A stretch of DNA of 64,000 nt. Source: Eledone cirrhosa (lineage: Eukaryota). Location: NCBI GenBank assembly GCA_964016885.1, contig OZ024742.1:285386001-285450000 (forward strand), read 5' to 3'. How positions within the stretch are numbered: position 1 is the stretch's first letter; each line of letters starts with the position of its first letter. The notes below the pieces were generated by a model. It made no database searches, had not been told where the DNA came from, and saw only the letters and a program-made list of their open reading frames with translations. The translations under genes were made by a program, and so were the position numbers. Shown here in pieces: positions 15,096 to 27,600 of this stretch.

Positions 15096-15228
15096 TGTTT
15101 AATATAGAAATGGCTTCTATAGGTCTAGAACTGTTTCATTCAAAAGAAATCATCAGGAAAGCCCGACTTGGTGGGTGGGCGACGTTCTTGGTGCAAATCC
15201 CATGGTCATTCATGACCAAAGAGCATCT

Positions 15229-15324
<96 letters not shown>

Positions 15325-15332
15325 TATATATA

Positions 15333-16195
15333 CAGAGTGTGGACGATATTTGTTCGCAATTTTCAACTGCTAATTTTATGCAAATTTTTTTACTTCCGTT
15401 GTCACTCTTGTCCTCATAAAGACAGTGACTATATTTCCATTACTTATTTTCAGAACAATTGATTATGAATAATTTTGAACCTCCAAATTTGTGGAAGAGA
15501 CACGGAGTTCTTCTTTGAATCCGCGCCGGGAGGACAAATAAGGACCAGAAGATCAACTCCCAGAACAACAGGTGGCTCGCTGTCATGCCCAGAGTCATGC
15601 AGACAAAGTTTCCAGCGACAACATTGGTCTTAGGTGTCGTCAGCGGTCAAGGTGACGTCATGCCACCTCACTTCTTCCCCGAGGGCCTCAAGCTGAACAC
15701 CGATGGCTACATCCGCGTTCTGAGCGAGGTAGTAAAGCCCTGGATCGACCAGGTAGCTGTAGGTAGGCCGCACGTGTGGCAGCAAGACTCAGCGCCCTGC
15801 CATACCAGCCGAAAGACCCAAGCCTGGCTGTCAGAGAACTTCGTCGACCACACTTTGCCTGACATCTGGCCTCCCAGCTTGCCTGACTGCAACCCCCTCG
15901 ACTTCTTTGTGTGGGGCGCAGTAGAACGAGACACCAACAGATCTAGCTGCAATACGAAAGACGATCTGAAGGCCAGGATCACTAAGTCGGGGGACAGTGA
16001 CGAAGGCCTGTAGCCGGTTCCGAGGCCGCCTTGAGGCCGTCATCAAAGCCAATGGCGGGTTTATCGAGTGAGATCGAAAGAACAAGTCATGAAGACAAAC
16101 TGACCCAAGTTTGATAAATATATCTTAAAAAATAAAACTACTGTGCTATATTTTCCTAGACAGTAATCTTGCGAACAAATATCGTCCGCACCCTG
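15333..16195 (+). mobile_element. Internally deleted Tc1/mariner DD37D (maT-type) transposon
   Basis: TIRs CAGAGTGTGGACGATATTTGTTCGCAA / TTGCGAACAAATATCGTCCGCACCCTG, TA flanks, transposase remnant. Confidence 0.92.
15543..16070 (+). pseudogene. Transposase catalytic-domain remnant (DD37D)
   Basis: QQDSAPCH and WPPSLPDCNPLDF with 37 residues between the two Asp; N-terminal HTH and first Asp missing. Confidence 0.88.
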
Positions 16196-16282
<87 letters not shown>

Positions 16283-16291
16283 GTGTGTGTG

Positions 16292-16324
<33 letters not shown>

Positions 16325-16937
16325 TGTATATAGTCACACATACATATATACATACGTGTTTGGTTGATACATGACGCTACCTCTAGACTCAGAAATGATT
16401 CACTATTAATAATGAAGCTTTTTTGTGAGTTGTTTTTTTAGACTTCTGTTGGTAAAGATTCCACATAACCTTTGATGTTGTTTCCCCTCAGCCTCCACCC
16501 TTTATCGATTTATTCTCGTTATTGACATTTAACTTCGCCCTTCCTCCTCTACTACCCCCGCAACGCACCTCAAACGTTCAAAAAGCCTTTTATTTTTGTA
16601 AAACGGTGTTAGTTGTTTCAACATAAAATATATACTTATTAACAATAAAATAATTTCAAACAGAAAAACAAAGCCAGTAGGAGGTTTATCATCGATTAAA
16701 TCTACATCAGTGCTTGACTGCTATTATATTTTATCGACCGTGGGAAGATGATGTAAGTCTATGACTTCCCCGATGTGAAAAGAAATGAAATCTGAGGTCA
16801 AAGTGACATTCTTCATTCATTTGTTGTGCCCTTAACTGCTGTTACTATCGTAGGTGCGTCATCTTTGATATCCATCATGTCAACGGGTATTTAAACTTAG
16901 TACATCTCTCTTCAGGTTTGATAACAGCCAATGTCTT

Positions 16938-17001
<64 letters not shown>

Positions 17002-17172
17002 GGCACCGATACGTAACTTATCGATCCCCAAAGGATCACCTTGGCTGTATTTAACTCAAGTTGTAGGAGAAAATGATACCGCAAAGCATTCTATCCCCTA
17101 TCTCAGCGACTCTATTAATTCCCTACCTTAAAGTGACATTAAGTCTTATTTTTCGTCTTCTTTTTCGTCCAC

Positions 17173-17432
17173 TTATTCCTGAGAGGGCCCTGGGGAAAGG
17201 GTCCTCAAACACTCCTTCCAGCGGGTCCTCTCAGAATCAACCATCTCCAACTGGTCCGGCTGGATTCTCAAACGAGACCAGCCTAGCCCATGGATGTTAT
17301 CCAACCATCTTATTCGGAGTCTACCTCTGGGTCTCCTGCCGGTTAGTTTTGCCCGTAAAATCTGTCCAACGATTCTTTCCTGAGACATTCTAAACACATG
17401 CCCATAGTATCAGAGCTGTGATCTCTCAATTT
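17173..17432 (-). mobile_element. RTE (Rex3/Expander-like) LINE 3' fragment
   Basis: GRRPRGRLRIRWLDNI C-terminal motif; homologous to 32694-32945. Confidence 0.8.
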
Positions 17433-17439
17433 GAAGTTG

Positions 17440-17742
17440 TGTTGTGTTCTTGAGCAAAACACTTCGTTTCACGTTGTTCCAATGGTAAAGGTGTTGGACT
17501 TACTATCATAATGACATGGTTTCGATTCCTGAATTGGTTGTGTGTTGTGTTCTTGAGAAAATCTCTTCATTTTCAGTATACTCAGCTGAAAATGAGTACC
17601 AGCGATAGCTGAGAGTTTAACCCTGCGATAGACTGGAGCCCAGTCCAGGGATTGTCTTGTACTCTCAATCCTTCATGCCATGGAAACCTGAAAAAGCACC
17701 GACCTGATGAGCCTCCGTAATCAAAACAGACTTTAGACTTTA
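17440..17742 (+). mobile_element. tRNA-derived SINE with CORE-like and V-like domains
   Basis: GTTTCGATTCC B-box, TGTTGTGTTCTTGAG CORE-like block, AACCCTGCGATAGACTGG...GTCCAGGG V-domain-like block. Confidence 0.6.
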
Positions 17743-17846
17743 GAAAATAGAGGTTTCGTTTAAGCCAAAGGTTTGACACCATATTTTGATCGCTAAAGAC
17801 CTTCTGGTTAATCTAAAGTAGTTTGATTGTCTTCTATTGAAATATA

Positions 17847-18187
17847 CTTTTCTTATCTTATTGCAGTTGTTAGTAATTTTCTTTAGATAGAAATACGATT
17901 GAGTCTTCCAGGACAAAGAAATCCTAATTGTTAGATTTCTTAAGCAAAGCACGTGATTTCTGCCACACATGCTTGTCTTGTAAAGTTGCCATTTTCAGGA
18001 CTTCTAAATCAATGGAAATAGAACATTGTACTATTTCAGAATATATTTCTAGATAGGAAACAGCCATGTCAAATGAAATATGGATTAATATATCTTTTAT
18101 ATCATTTGGTTGGTTGTTTTATGATTTGATGTCTGTAATTTTAGAGAAGTTAACTTCGTCAAACTCAACAAGAATACACTGGTCAAC
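17847..18187 (+). repeat. 341-bp segment duplicated at 33963-34303
   Basis: Near-identical by eye; 3 substitutions seen. Confidence 0.9.
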
Positions 18188-18199
18188 CACAACAACAAT

Positions 18200-18617
18200 A
18201 ATAATGATTTCTAGTATAGGCACAAGGCCAGCAATTTTAGGGGAGAGGAAAGTCTATTAAATCGACCCCAGTACATTACTGGTGCTTTATTTTATCTTAG
18301 CACGTAAAGATGAAAGCAAAGTTAACCTCGGCGCGATTTGAACTCAGGCCGTAAAGGACCGTAACTCTATGCTGCAAAGCATGGTGTCCGACTCTCTGCC
18401 GATACTGCCAATCCACCGCCCTTTAAAATAATTGTTTCTATTTTTGGCACAAGTCCAGCAATTACCCAGTGTATTACTGGTATTTTATTTTGTCGACCCC
18501 GTAAGGATGAAAGGCAAAGTTAACCTCGGCAGAATTTGAACTCCGAACGTAAAGGGCCATAACACCGTGCCTCAAAGCATGTTGTCCGACGCCCTACCGA
18601 TACTGCCAATCCGCCGG
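18200..18617 (-). mobile_element. Two tandem copies of the dominant tRNA-SINE
   Basis: Reverse-complement B-box (GATTTGAACTC), GATGAAAG(G)CAAAGTTAACCTCGG and GATACTGCCAATCC twice. Confidence 0.85.
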
Positions 18618-18666
18618 CATAACAACAAGAATAGTAATAACAACAACAACTATAAAAAATTATCAA

Positions 18667-21600
18667 TAGTAGCGGTGATGGTATCGGTGGTGGTAGAAGT
18701 GGTGGTATTGGTGGTGGTAGTAGTAGTGGTGGCAGTGATGGTATTGGTTGTGGTGGTAGTAGTGGTGGCAGTGATGGTATTGGTGGTGGTAGTAGTAGTG
18801 GTAGCAGTGATGGTATTGGTTGTGGTGGTAGTAGTGGTAGAAGTGATGGTATTGGTGGTGGCAGAAGTGGTGGTATTGGTGGTGGTGGTTGTAGTGGTGG
18901 CAGTGATGGTATTGGTGGTGGTGGTGGTAGTAATGGTGGCAGTGATGGTATTGGTGTGGTAGTAGTAGTGGTGGCAGTGATGGTATTGGTGGTGGTGGTA
19001 GTAGTGGTGGCAGTGATGGTATTGGTGGTGGTGGTAGTAGTGGTGGCAGTGATGGTATTGGTGGTGGTAGTAGTGGTAGCAGTGATGGTATTGGTGGTGG
19101 TGGTAGTAGTGGTGGCAGTGATGGTATTGGTGGTGGTGGTAGTAGTGGTGGCAGTGATGGTATTGGTGGTGGTGGTAGTAGCTGTGGCAGTGATGGTATT
19201 GCTGGTGGTGGTAGTAGTGGTGGCAGTGATGGTATTGGTGGTGGTGGTAGTAGTGGTGGCAGTGATGGTATTGGTGGTGGTGGTAGTAGTGGTGGCAGTG
19301 ATGGTATTGGTGGTGGTGGTAGTAGTGGTAGCAGTGATGGTATTGGTGGTGGTGGTAGTAGCTGTGGCAGTGATGGTATTGCTGGTGGTGGTAGTAGTGG
19401 TGGCAGTGATGGTATTGGTGGTGGTGGTAGTAGTGGTGGTATTGGTGGTGGTGGTAGAAGTGGTGGCAGTGATGGTATTGGTGGTGGTGGTAGTAGTGGT
19501 GGCAGTGATGGTATTGGTGGTGGTGGTAGTAATGGTGGCAGTGATGGTATTGGTGGTGGTGGTAGTAGTGGTGGCTGTGATGGTATTTGTGGTGGTGGTA
19601 GTAGTGGTGGCAGTGATGGTATTGGTGGTGGTAGTAGTGGTAGCAGTGATGGTATTGGTGTGGTAGTAGTAGTGGTGGCAGTGATGGTATTGGTGGTGGT
19701 GGTAGTAGTGGTGGCAGTGATGGTATTGGTAGTGGTGGTAGTAATGGTGGGAGTGATGGTATTGGTGGTGGTGGTAGTGGTCGTGGCAGTGATGGTATTG
19801 GTGGTGGTGGTGGTAGTAATGGTGGCAGTGATGGTATTGGTGTGGTAGTAGTAGTGGTGGCAGTGATGGTATTGGTGGTGGTGGTAGTAGTGGTGGCAGT
19901 GATGGTATTGGTGGTGGAGGTAGTAGTGGTGGCAGTGATGGTATTGGTGGTGGTGGTAGTGGTCGTGGCAGTGATGGTATTGGTGGTGGTGGTAGTAGTG
20001 GTGGCAGTGATGGTATTGGTGGTGGTGGTAGTGGTCGTGGCAGTGATGGTATTGGTGGTGGTGGTAGTAGTGGTGGCAGTGATGGTATTGGTGGTGGTGG
20101 TAGTAATGGTGGCAGTGATGGTATTGGTGGTGGTGGTAGTAGTGGTGGCAGTGATGGTATTGGTGGTGGAGGTAGTAGTGGTGGCAGTGATGGTATTGGT
20201 GGTGGTAGTAGTGGTAGCAGTGATGGTATTGGTGGTGGTGGTAGTAGTGGTGGCAGTGATGGTATTGGTGGTGGTGGTAGTATGGTGGCAGTGATGGTAT
20301 TGGTAGTGGTGGTAGTAATGGTGGGAGTGATGGTATTGGTGGTGGTGGTAGTGGTCGTGGCAGTGATGGTATTGGTGGTGGTGGTGGTAGTAATGGTGGC
20401 AGTGATGGTATTGGTGTGGTAGTAGTAGTGGTGGCAGTGATGGTATTGGTGGTGGTGGTAGTAGTGGTGGCAGTGATGGTATTGGTGGTGGAGGTAGTAG
20501 TGGTGGCAGTGATGGTATTGGTGGTGGTGGTAGTGGTCGTGGCAGTGATGGTATTGGTGGTGGTGGTAGTAGTGGTGGCAGTGATGGTATTGGTGGTGGT
20601 GGTAGTAATGGTGGCAGTGATGGTATTGGTGGTGGTGGTAGTAGTGGTGGCAGTGATGGTATTGGTGGTGGTGGTGGTAGTAATGGTGGCAGTGATGGTA
20701 TTGGTGTGGTAGTAGTAGTGGTGGCAGTGATGGTATTGGTGGTGGTGGTAGTAGTGGTGGCAGTGATGGTATTGGTGGTGGTGGTAGTAGCTGTGGCAGT
20801 GATGGTATTGGTGGTGGTGGTAGTAGTGGTAGAAGTGATGGTATTGGTGGTGGTGGTAGAAGTGGTAGAAGTGATGGTATTGTTGGTGGTGGTTGTAGTG
20901 GTGGCTGTGATGGTATTGGTGGTGGTGGTAGTAGTGGTGGCAGTGATGGTATTGGTGGTGGTGGTAGTAGTGGTGGCAGTGATGGTATTGGTGGTGGTGG
21001 TAGAAGTGGTAGAAGTGATGGTATTGTTGGTGGTGGTTGTAGTGGTGGCTGTGATGGTATTGGTGGTGGTGGTAGTAGTGGTAGAAGTGATGGTATTGGT
21101 GGTGGTGGTAGTAGTGGTGGCAATGATGGTATTGGTGGTGGTGGTAGTAGTGGTGGCAGTGATGGTATTGGTGGTGGTGGTAGTAGTGGTAGAAGTGATA
21201 GTATTGGTGGTGGTGGTAGTAGCGGTGGCAGTGATGGTATTGGTGGTGGTGGTAGTAGCGGTGGCAGTGATGGTATTGGTTGTGGTGGTAGTAGTGGTGG
21301 CAGTGATGGTATTGGTGGTGGTGGTAGTAGTGGTGGCAGTGATAGTATTGGTGGTGGTGGTAGTAGTGGTGGTATTGGTGGTGGTAGTAGTAGTGGTGGC
21401 AGTGATGGTATTGGTTGTGGTGGCAGTGATAGTATTGGTGGTGGTGGTAGTAGTGGGGGCAGTGATGGTATTGGTGGTGGTGGTGGTAGTAATGGTGGCA
21501 GTGATAGTATTGGTGGTGGTGGTAGTAGCGGTGGCAGTGATGGTATTGGTGGTGGTAGTAGTAGTGGTGGTATTGGTGGTGGCGGTAAAAGTGGTGGTAG

Positions 21601-24600
21601 TAGTAGTGGTGGCAGTGATGGTATTGGTTGTGGTGGTAGTAGTGGTGGCAGTGATGGTATTGGTGGTGGTAGTAGTGGTAGCAGTGATGGTATTGGTGGT
21701 GGTGGTAGTAGTGGTGGCAGTGATGGTATTGGTGGTGGTGGTAGTATGGTGGCAGTGATGGTATTGGTAGTGGTGGTAGTAATGGTGGGAGTGATGGTAT
21801 TGGTGGTGGTGGTAGTAACGGTGGCAGTGATGGTATTGGTGGTGGTGGTAGTATGGTGGCAGTGATGGTATTGGTGGTGGTGGTAGTAACGGTGGCAGTG
21901 ATGGTATTGGTGGTGGTGGTAGTAGTGGTGGCAGTGATGGTATTGGTGGTGGTGGTAGTAGTGGTGGTATTGGTGGTGGTGGTAGAAGTGGTGGTATTGG
22001 TGGTGGTAGTAGTAGTGGTGGCAGTGATGGTATTGGTTGTGGTGGTAGTAGTGGTGGCAGTGATGGTATTGGTGGTGGTGGTAGTAGTGGTGGCAGTGAT
22101 GGTATTGGTGGTGGTGGTAGTAGTGGTGGCAGTGATGGTATTGGTGGTGGTGGTAGTAGTGGTAGAAGTGATGGTATTGGTGGTGGTGGTAGTAGTGGTG
22201 GCAGTGATGGTATTGGTGGTGGTGGTAGTGGTCGTGGCAGTGATGGTATTGGTGGTGGTGGTGGTAGTAATGGTGGCAGTGATGGTATTGGTGTGGTAGT
22301 AGTAGTGGTGTTATTGGTGGTGGTGGTAGAAGTGGTGGTATTGGTGGTGGTAGTAGTAGTGGTGGCAGTGATGGTATTGGTTGTGGTGGTAGTAGTGGTG
22401 GCAGTAATGGTATTGGTGGTGGTGGCAGTGATGGTATTGGTGGTGGTGGTGGTGGTAGTAGTGGTAGAAGTGATGGTATTGGTGGTGGTGGTGGTAGAAG
22501 TGGTGGTATTGGTGGTGGTAGTAGTAGTGGTGGCAGTGATGGTATTGGTTGTGGTGGCAGTGATGGTATTGGTGGTGGTGGTAGTAGTGGGGGCAGTGAT
22601 GGTATTGGTGGTGGTGGTAGTAGTGGTGGCAATGATGGTATTGGTGGTGGTGGTTGTAGTGGTGGCTGTGATGGTATGGGTGGTGGTGGTAGTAGTGGTA
22701 GAAGTGATGGTATTGGTGGTGGTGGTAGTAGCGGTGGCAGTGATGGTATTGGTGGTGGTAGTAGTAGTGGTGGTATTGGTGGTGGCGGTAGAAGTGGTGG
22801 TATTGGTGGTGGTAGTAGTAGTGGTGGCAGTGATGGTATTGGTTGTGGTGGTAGTAGTGGTGGCAGTGATGGTATTGGTGGTGGTGGCAGTGATGGTATT
22901 GGTGATGGTGGTAGTTGTGGTGGTATTGGTGGTGGTGGTAGAAGTGGTGGTATTGGTGGTGGTAGTAGTAGTGGTGGCAGTGATGGTATGGTTGTGGTGG
23001 TAGTAGTGGTGGCAGTGATGGTATTGGTGGTGGTGGTAGTAGTGGTAGAAGTGATGGTGTTGGTGGTGGTGGTAGTAGCGGTGGCAGTGATGGTTTCGGT
23101 GGTAGTGGTAGTAGTGGTGGCTGTGATGGTATTGGTGGTGGTGGCAGTGATGGTATTGGTGGTGGTGGTAGTAATGGTGGCAGTGATGGTATTGGTGTGG
23201 TAGTAGTAGTGGTGGCAGTGATGGTATTGGTGGTTGTGGTAGTAGTGGTGGCTGTGATGGTATTGGTGGTGGTGGTAGTAGTGGTGGCTGTGATGGTATT
23301 GGTGGTGGTGGCAGTGATGGTATTGGTGGTGGTGGTAGTAATGGTGGCAGTGATGGTATTGGTGTGGTAGTAGTAGTGGTGGCAGTGATGGTATTGGTGG
23401 TTGTGGTAGTAGTGGTGGTATTGGTGGTGGTGGTAGTAGTGGTGGCAGTGATGGTATTGGTGGTGGTGGTGGTGGTAGTAGTGGTAGAAGTGATGGTATT
23501 GGTGGTGGTGGTAGTAGCGGTGGCAGTGATGGTATTGGTGGTGGTGGTAGTAGTGGTGGCAGTGATGGTATTGGTGGTGGTGGTAGTAGTGGTAGAAGTG
23601 ATGGTATTGGTGGTGGTGGTAGTAGTGGTGGCAGTGATGGTATTGGTGGTGGTGGGAGTAGTGGTGTTATTGGTGGTGGTGGTAGAAGTGGTGGTATTGG
23701 AGGTGGTAGTAGTAGTGGTGGCAGTGATGGTATTGGTTGTGGTGGTAGTAATGGTGGCAGTGATGGTATTGGTGGTGGTGGTAGTAGTGGTGGCAGTGAT
23801 GGTATTGGTGGTTGTGGTAGTAGTGGTGGTAGTGATGGTATTGGTGGTGGTGGTAGTAGTGGTGGCAGTGATGGTATTGGTGGTGGTGGTAGTAGTGGTG
23901 GCAGTGATGGTATTGGTGGTGGTGGTAGAAGTGGTGGTATTGGTTGTGGTGGTAGTAATGGTGGCAGTGATGGTATTGGTGTGGTAGTAGTAGTGGTGGC
24001 AGTGATGGTATTGGTGGTGGTGGTGGTGGTAGTAGTGGTAGAAGTGATAGTATTGGTGGTGGTGGTAGTAGCGGTGGCAGTGATGGTATTGCTGGTGGTG
24101 GTTGTAGTGGTGGCTGTGATGGTATTGGTGGTGGTGGTAGTAGTGGTAGAAGTGATGGTATTGGTGGTGGTGGTGGTAGTAGCGGTGGCAGTGACGGTAT
24201 TGGTGGTGGTGGTAGTAGTGGTGGTATTGGTGGTGGTGGTAGAAGTGGTGGTATTGGTGGTGGTAGTAGTAGTGGTGGCAGTGATGGTATTGGTGGTGGT
24301 GGTAGTAGTGGGGGCAGTGATGGTATTGGTGGTGGTGGTGGTAGTAATGGTGGCAGTGATGGTATTGGTGGTGGTGGTAGTAGCGGTGGCAGTGATGGTA
24401 TTGGTGGTGGTAGTAGTAGTGGTGGTATTGGTGGTGGCGGTAAAAGTGGTGGTATTGGTGGTGGTAGTAGTAGTGGTGGCAGTGATGGTATTGGTTGTGG
24501 TGGTAGTAGTGGTGGCAGTGATGGTATTGGTGGTGGTGGTAGTAGTGGTGGTATTGGTGGTGGTGGTAGAAGTGGTGGTATTGGTGGTGGTGGTAGTAGT

Positions 24601-27600
24601 AGTGGTGGCAGTGATGGTATTGGTGGTGGTGGTGGTGGTAGTAGCGGTGGTAGTGATGGTATTGGTGGTGGTGGTAGTAGTGGTGGCAGTGATGGTATTG
24701 GTGGTGGTGGTAGTAGTGGTAGAAGTGATGGTATTGGTGGTGGTGGTAGTAGTGGTGGCAGTGATGGTAGTAGTGGTGTTATTGGTGGTGGTGGTAGAAG
24801 TGGTGGTATTGGTGGTGGTAGTAGTAGTGGTGGCAGTGATGGTATTGGTTGTGGTGGTAGTAGTGGTAGAAGTGATGGTATTGGTGGTGGTGGTAGTAGT
24901 GGTGGTAGAAGTGGTGGTATTGGTGGTGGTAGTAGTAGTGGTGGCAGTGATGGTATTGGTTGTCGTGGTAGTAGTGGTGGCAGTCATGGTATTGGTGGTG
25001 GTGGTAGTAGTGGTGGCAGTGATGGTATTGGTGGTGGTGGTAGTAGTGGTGGTAGAAGTGGTGGTATTGGTTGTGGTGGTAGTAGTGGTGGCAGTCATGG
25101 TATTGGTGGTGGTGGTAGTAGTGGTGGCAGTGATGGTATTGGTGGTGGTGGCAGTAGTGGTGGCAGTGATGGTATTGGTGGTGGTGGCAGTAGTGGTGGC
25201 AGTGATGGTATTGGTGGTGGTAGTAGTAGTGGTGGCAGTGATGGTATTGGTGGTGGTGGTAGTAGTGGTGGTAGAAGTGGTGGTATTGGTGGTGGTAGTA
25301 GTAGTGGTGGCAGTGATGGTATTGGTTGTCGTGGTAGTAGTGGTGGCAGTGATGGTATTGGTGGTGGTGGTGGTGGTAGTAGTGGTAGAAGTGATGGTAT
25401 TGGTGGTGGTGGTAGTAGTGGTGGCAGTGATGGTATTGGTGGTGGTGGTAGTAGTGGTAGAAGTGATGGTATTGGTGGTGGTGGTAGTAGCGGTGGCAGT
25501 GATGGTATTGGTGGTGGTGGGAGTAGTGGTGGCAGTGATGGTATTGGTGGTGGTGGTAGTAGTAGTGGCAGTGATGGTATTGGTGGTGGTGGCAGTGATG
25601 GTACTGGTGGTGGTGGTAGTAGTGGTGGCAGTGATGGTATTGGTTGTGGTGGTAGTAGTGGTGGCAGTGATGGTATTGGTTGTGGTGGTAGTAGTGGTGG
25701 CAGTGATGGTATTGGTGGTGGTGGCAGTGATGGTATTGGTTGTGGTGGTAGTAGTGGTGGCAGTGATGGTATTGGTGGTGGTGGCAGTGATGGTATTGGT
25801 TGTGGTGGTAGTAGTGGTGGCAGTGATGGTATTGGTGGTGGTGGCAGTGATGGTATTGGTTGTGGTGGTAGTAGTGGTGGCAGTGATGGTATTGGTGGTA
25901 GTGGTAGTAGTGGTAGAAGTGATGGTATTGGTTGTGGTGGTAGTAGTGGTGGCAGTGATGGTATTGGTGGTGGTGGTAGTAGTGGTAGAAGTGATGGTAT
26001 TGGTGGTGGTGGTAGTAGTAGTGGCAGTGGTGGTATTGATGGTGGTAGTAGTAGTGGTGGCAGTGATGGTATTGGTTGTGGTGGTAGTAGTGGTGGCAGT
26101 GATGGTATTGGTGGTGGTGGCAGTGATGGTATTGGTGGTGGTGGTAGTAGTGGTGGTATTGGTGGTGGTGGTAGAAGTGGTGGTATTGATGGTGGTAGTA
26201 GTAGTGGTGGCAGTGATGGTATTGGTTGTGGTGGTAGTAGTGGTGGCAGTGATGGTATTGGTGGTAGTGGTAGTAGTGGTAGAAGTGATGGTATTGGTGG
26301 TGGTGGTAGTAGTAGTGGCAGTGATGGTATTGGTGGTGGTGGTAGTAGTGGTGGCAGTGATGGTTTCGGTGGTGGTGGTAGTAGTGGTAGCAGTGATGTT
26401 ATTGGTGGTGGTGGTAGTAGTGGTGGCAGTGATGGTATTGGTGGTGGTGGTAGTAATTGAGGCAGTGATGGTATTGGTGTGGTAGTAGTAGTGGTGACAG
26501 TGATGGTATTGGTGGTGGTGGTAGTAGTGGTGGTATTGGTGGTAGTAGTGGTAGAAGTGGTGGTATTGGTGGTGGTAGTAGTAGTGGTGGCAGTGATGGT
26601 ATTGGTTGTGGTGGTAGTAGTGGTGGCAGTGATGGTATTGGTGGTGGTGGTAGTAATTGAGGCAGTGATGGTATTGGTGTGGTAGTAGTAGTGGTGACAG
26701 TGATGGTATTGGTGGTGGTGGTAGTAGTGGTGGTATTGGTGGTAGTAGTGGTAGAAGTGGTGGTATTGGTGGTGGTAGTAGTAGTGGTGGCAGTGATGGT
26801 ATTGGTTGTGGTGGTAGTAGTGGTGGCAGTGATGGTATTGGTGGTCATAGTAGTAGTGGTGGCAGTGATGGTATTGGTGGTGGTGGTAGTTATGGTGGTA
26901 TTGGTGGTGGTGGTAGAAGTGGTGGTATGTGTGGTGGTAGTAGTAGTGGTGGCAGTGATGGTATTGGTTGTGGTGGTAATAGTGGTGGCAGTGATGGTAT
27001 TGGTGGTGGTGGTGGTGGTGGTGGTAGTAGTGGTAGAAGTGATGGTATTGGTGGTGGTGGTTGTAGTGGTGGCTGTGATGGTATTGGTGGTGGTAGTAGT
27101 AGTGGTAGAAGTGATGGTATTGGTGGTGGTGGCAGTGATGGTATTGGTGGTGGTGGTAGTAGTGGTGGTATTGGTGGTGGTGGTAGAATTGGTGGTATTG
27201 GTGGTGGTAGTAGTAGTGGTGGCAGTGATGGTATTGGTGGTGGTGGTAGTAGTGGTGGCAGTGATGGTATTGGTGGTGGTGGCAGTGATGGTATTGGTGG
27301 TGGTGGTAGTAGTGGTGGCAGTGATGGTATTGGTGGTGGTGGTAGTAGTAGTGGCAGTGATGGTATTGGTGGTGGTGGCAGTGATGGTATTGGTGGTGGT
27401 GGTAGTAGTGGTGGTATTGGTGGTGGTGGTAGAATTGGTGGTATTGGTGGTGGTAGTAGTAGTGGTGGCAGTGATGGTATTGGTGGTGGTGGTAGTAGTG
27501 GTGGCAGTGATGGTATTGGTGGTGGTGGTAGTAGTAGTGGCAGTGATGGTATTGGTGGTGGTGGCAGTGATGGTATTGGTGGTGGTGGTAGTAGTGGTGG

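Noticed and set aside
17683-17715. Hammerhead-like GAAAC...CTGATGAG in the V-type SINE tail
   Set aside because: Motif order and stems could not be folded into a convincing hammerhead by eye.
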